Shown piece by piece: positions 59,268-59,460 of a stretch of 59,460 nucleotides of DNA. The stretch lies in the IMG/VR virus record IMGVR_UViG_3300045988_101425, positions 1-59,460 of that record; one strand, given 5' to 3'. Both the position numbers and the translations under genes were made by a program. Numbering within the stretch: the stretch's first letter is position 1; the number at the start of each line of letters is the position of its first letter. The notes beneath the pieces are model-generated. The model ran no database searches. It saw nothing but the letters and a program-made list of their open reading frames with translations, and was not told where the DNA came from. Source of the stretch: a virus.

Positions 59268-59460
59268 CAGGTAATGAGACCATGCTAGGGCAAGTGGCCA
59301 CGTTCATGGAATCGTTGGGATTGTCTTATGAGGACGTGGTTTATAAAATACCTTATCGAAACCTTCTGATCATGCAGAAGGATATATTGCATAGCGTTAC
59401 CGGTGATTTGATCGTGGAGAGAACCGGGCGTGATTTGTTGAACCGAAAGGAAAAGGAGGG
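59207..59460 (+). CDS. Tail assembly chaperone -1 frameshift extension (GT-like), continues to nt 62
   Basis: Slippery heptamer T TTT TTC at 59207-59213. The -1 frame is open from 59189 to the TAA at 60-62. Confidence 0.65.
59406..59460. repeat. Terminal overlap copy 2 (circular closure)
   Basis: Exact 55-nt copy of nt 1-55. The length fits a k-mer overlap of a circular assembly. Confidence 0.95.

Larger units (their letters stand above)
1..59405. mobile_element. Complete circular temperate siphovirus-like phage genome, Bacteroidales type
   Basis: nt 1-55 identical to nt 59406-59460. Full set of integrase, repressor, replication, recombination, packaging, head, tail and lysis genes. Several TAnnTTTG promoter motifs. 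Confidence 0.85.

Noticed and set aside
1-59460. Search for CRISPR arrays, reverse transcriptase/DGR, retron, transposase or IS elements
   Set aside because: I saw no regularly spaced direct repeats, no RT-like or transposase-like ORF and no template/variable repeat pair. The only repeats found are those listed as features.

Overview
The window is a complete, circularly closed genome of a temperate tailed phage, about 59,405 bp. Nt 1-55 are repeated exactly at 59406-59460, which looks like an assembler overlap. Several traits point to a Bacteroidales host: TTTG-N19-TAnnTTTG promoters, a Bacteroides-type tyrosine integrase, a DUF4373-like replication initiator, and a lipoprotein with an acidic surface-export signal.

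Layout:
- Late genes (plus strand): an unknown first gene, TerS, TerL, portal, two lectin-like ORFs, scaffold, capsid, head-tail connectors, major tail protein, and a chaperone pair with a U UUU UUC -1 frameshift (48.9-59.4 kb). These wrap across the junction into the tape measure (62-3964) and a Dit-like gene.
- A roughly 5 kb accessory island follows: Bro/KilAC antirepressor, its own HTH switch, an antitoxin/YafQ/HicB-like cassette, and a Big_2 surface lipoprotein.
- Next come the tail tip and fibres (10.2-21 kb), the lysis genes, hicAB, and a block of 7 unknown genes (24.4-27.8 kb).
- Early genes (minus strand, 44.0 down to 27.9 kb): LuxR and HTH regulators, Erf, an SSB-like protein, NinB-like and NinG proteins, a replication initiator with internal iterons, DnaB, Dam, many mini-proteins, and RtcB RNA ligase as the last gene.
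- Lysogeny region: repressor (44.1-44.8 kb, plus strand), a 5-gene accessory operon with acr-aca-like architecture, and the integrase with a candidate attP.

The most unusual signal is non-coding. The early operon and the bro leader carry two normal tRNAs (Arg-CCT and Met/Ile-CAT). They also carry four tRNA-like modules that have canonical T-arms but that I could not fold into cloverleaves. In addition there are hairpin families that share exact 13-28 nt blocks and show fully compensated stem changes. All of this sits in a phage that also encodes RtcB.

All protein calls are made by eye from motifs and gene position. No database search was run.
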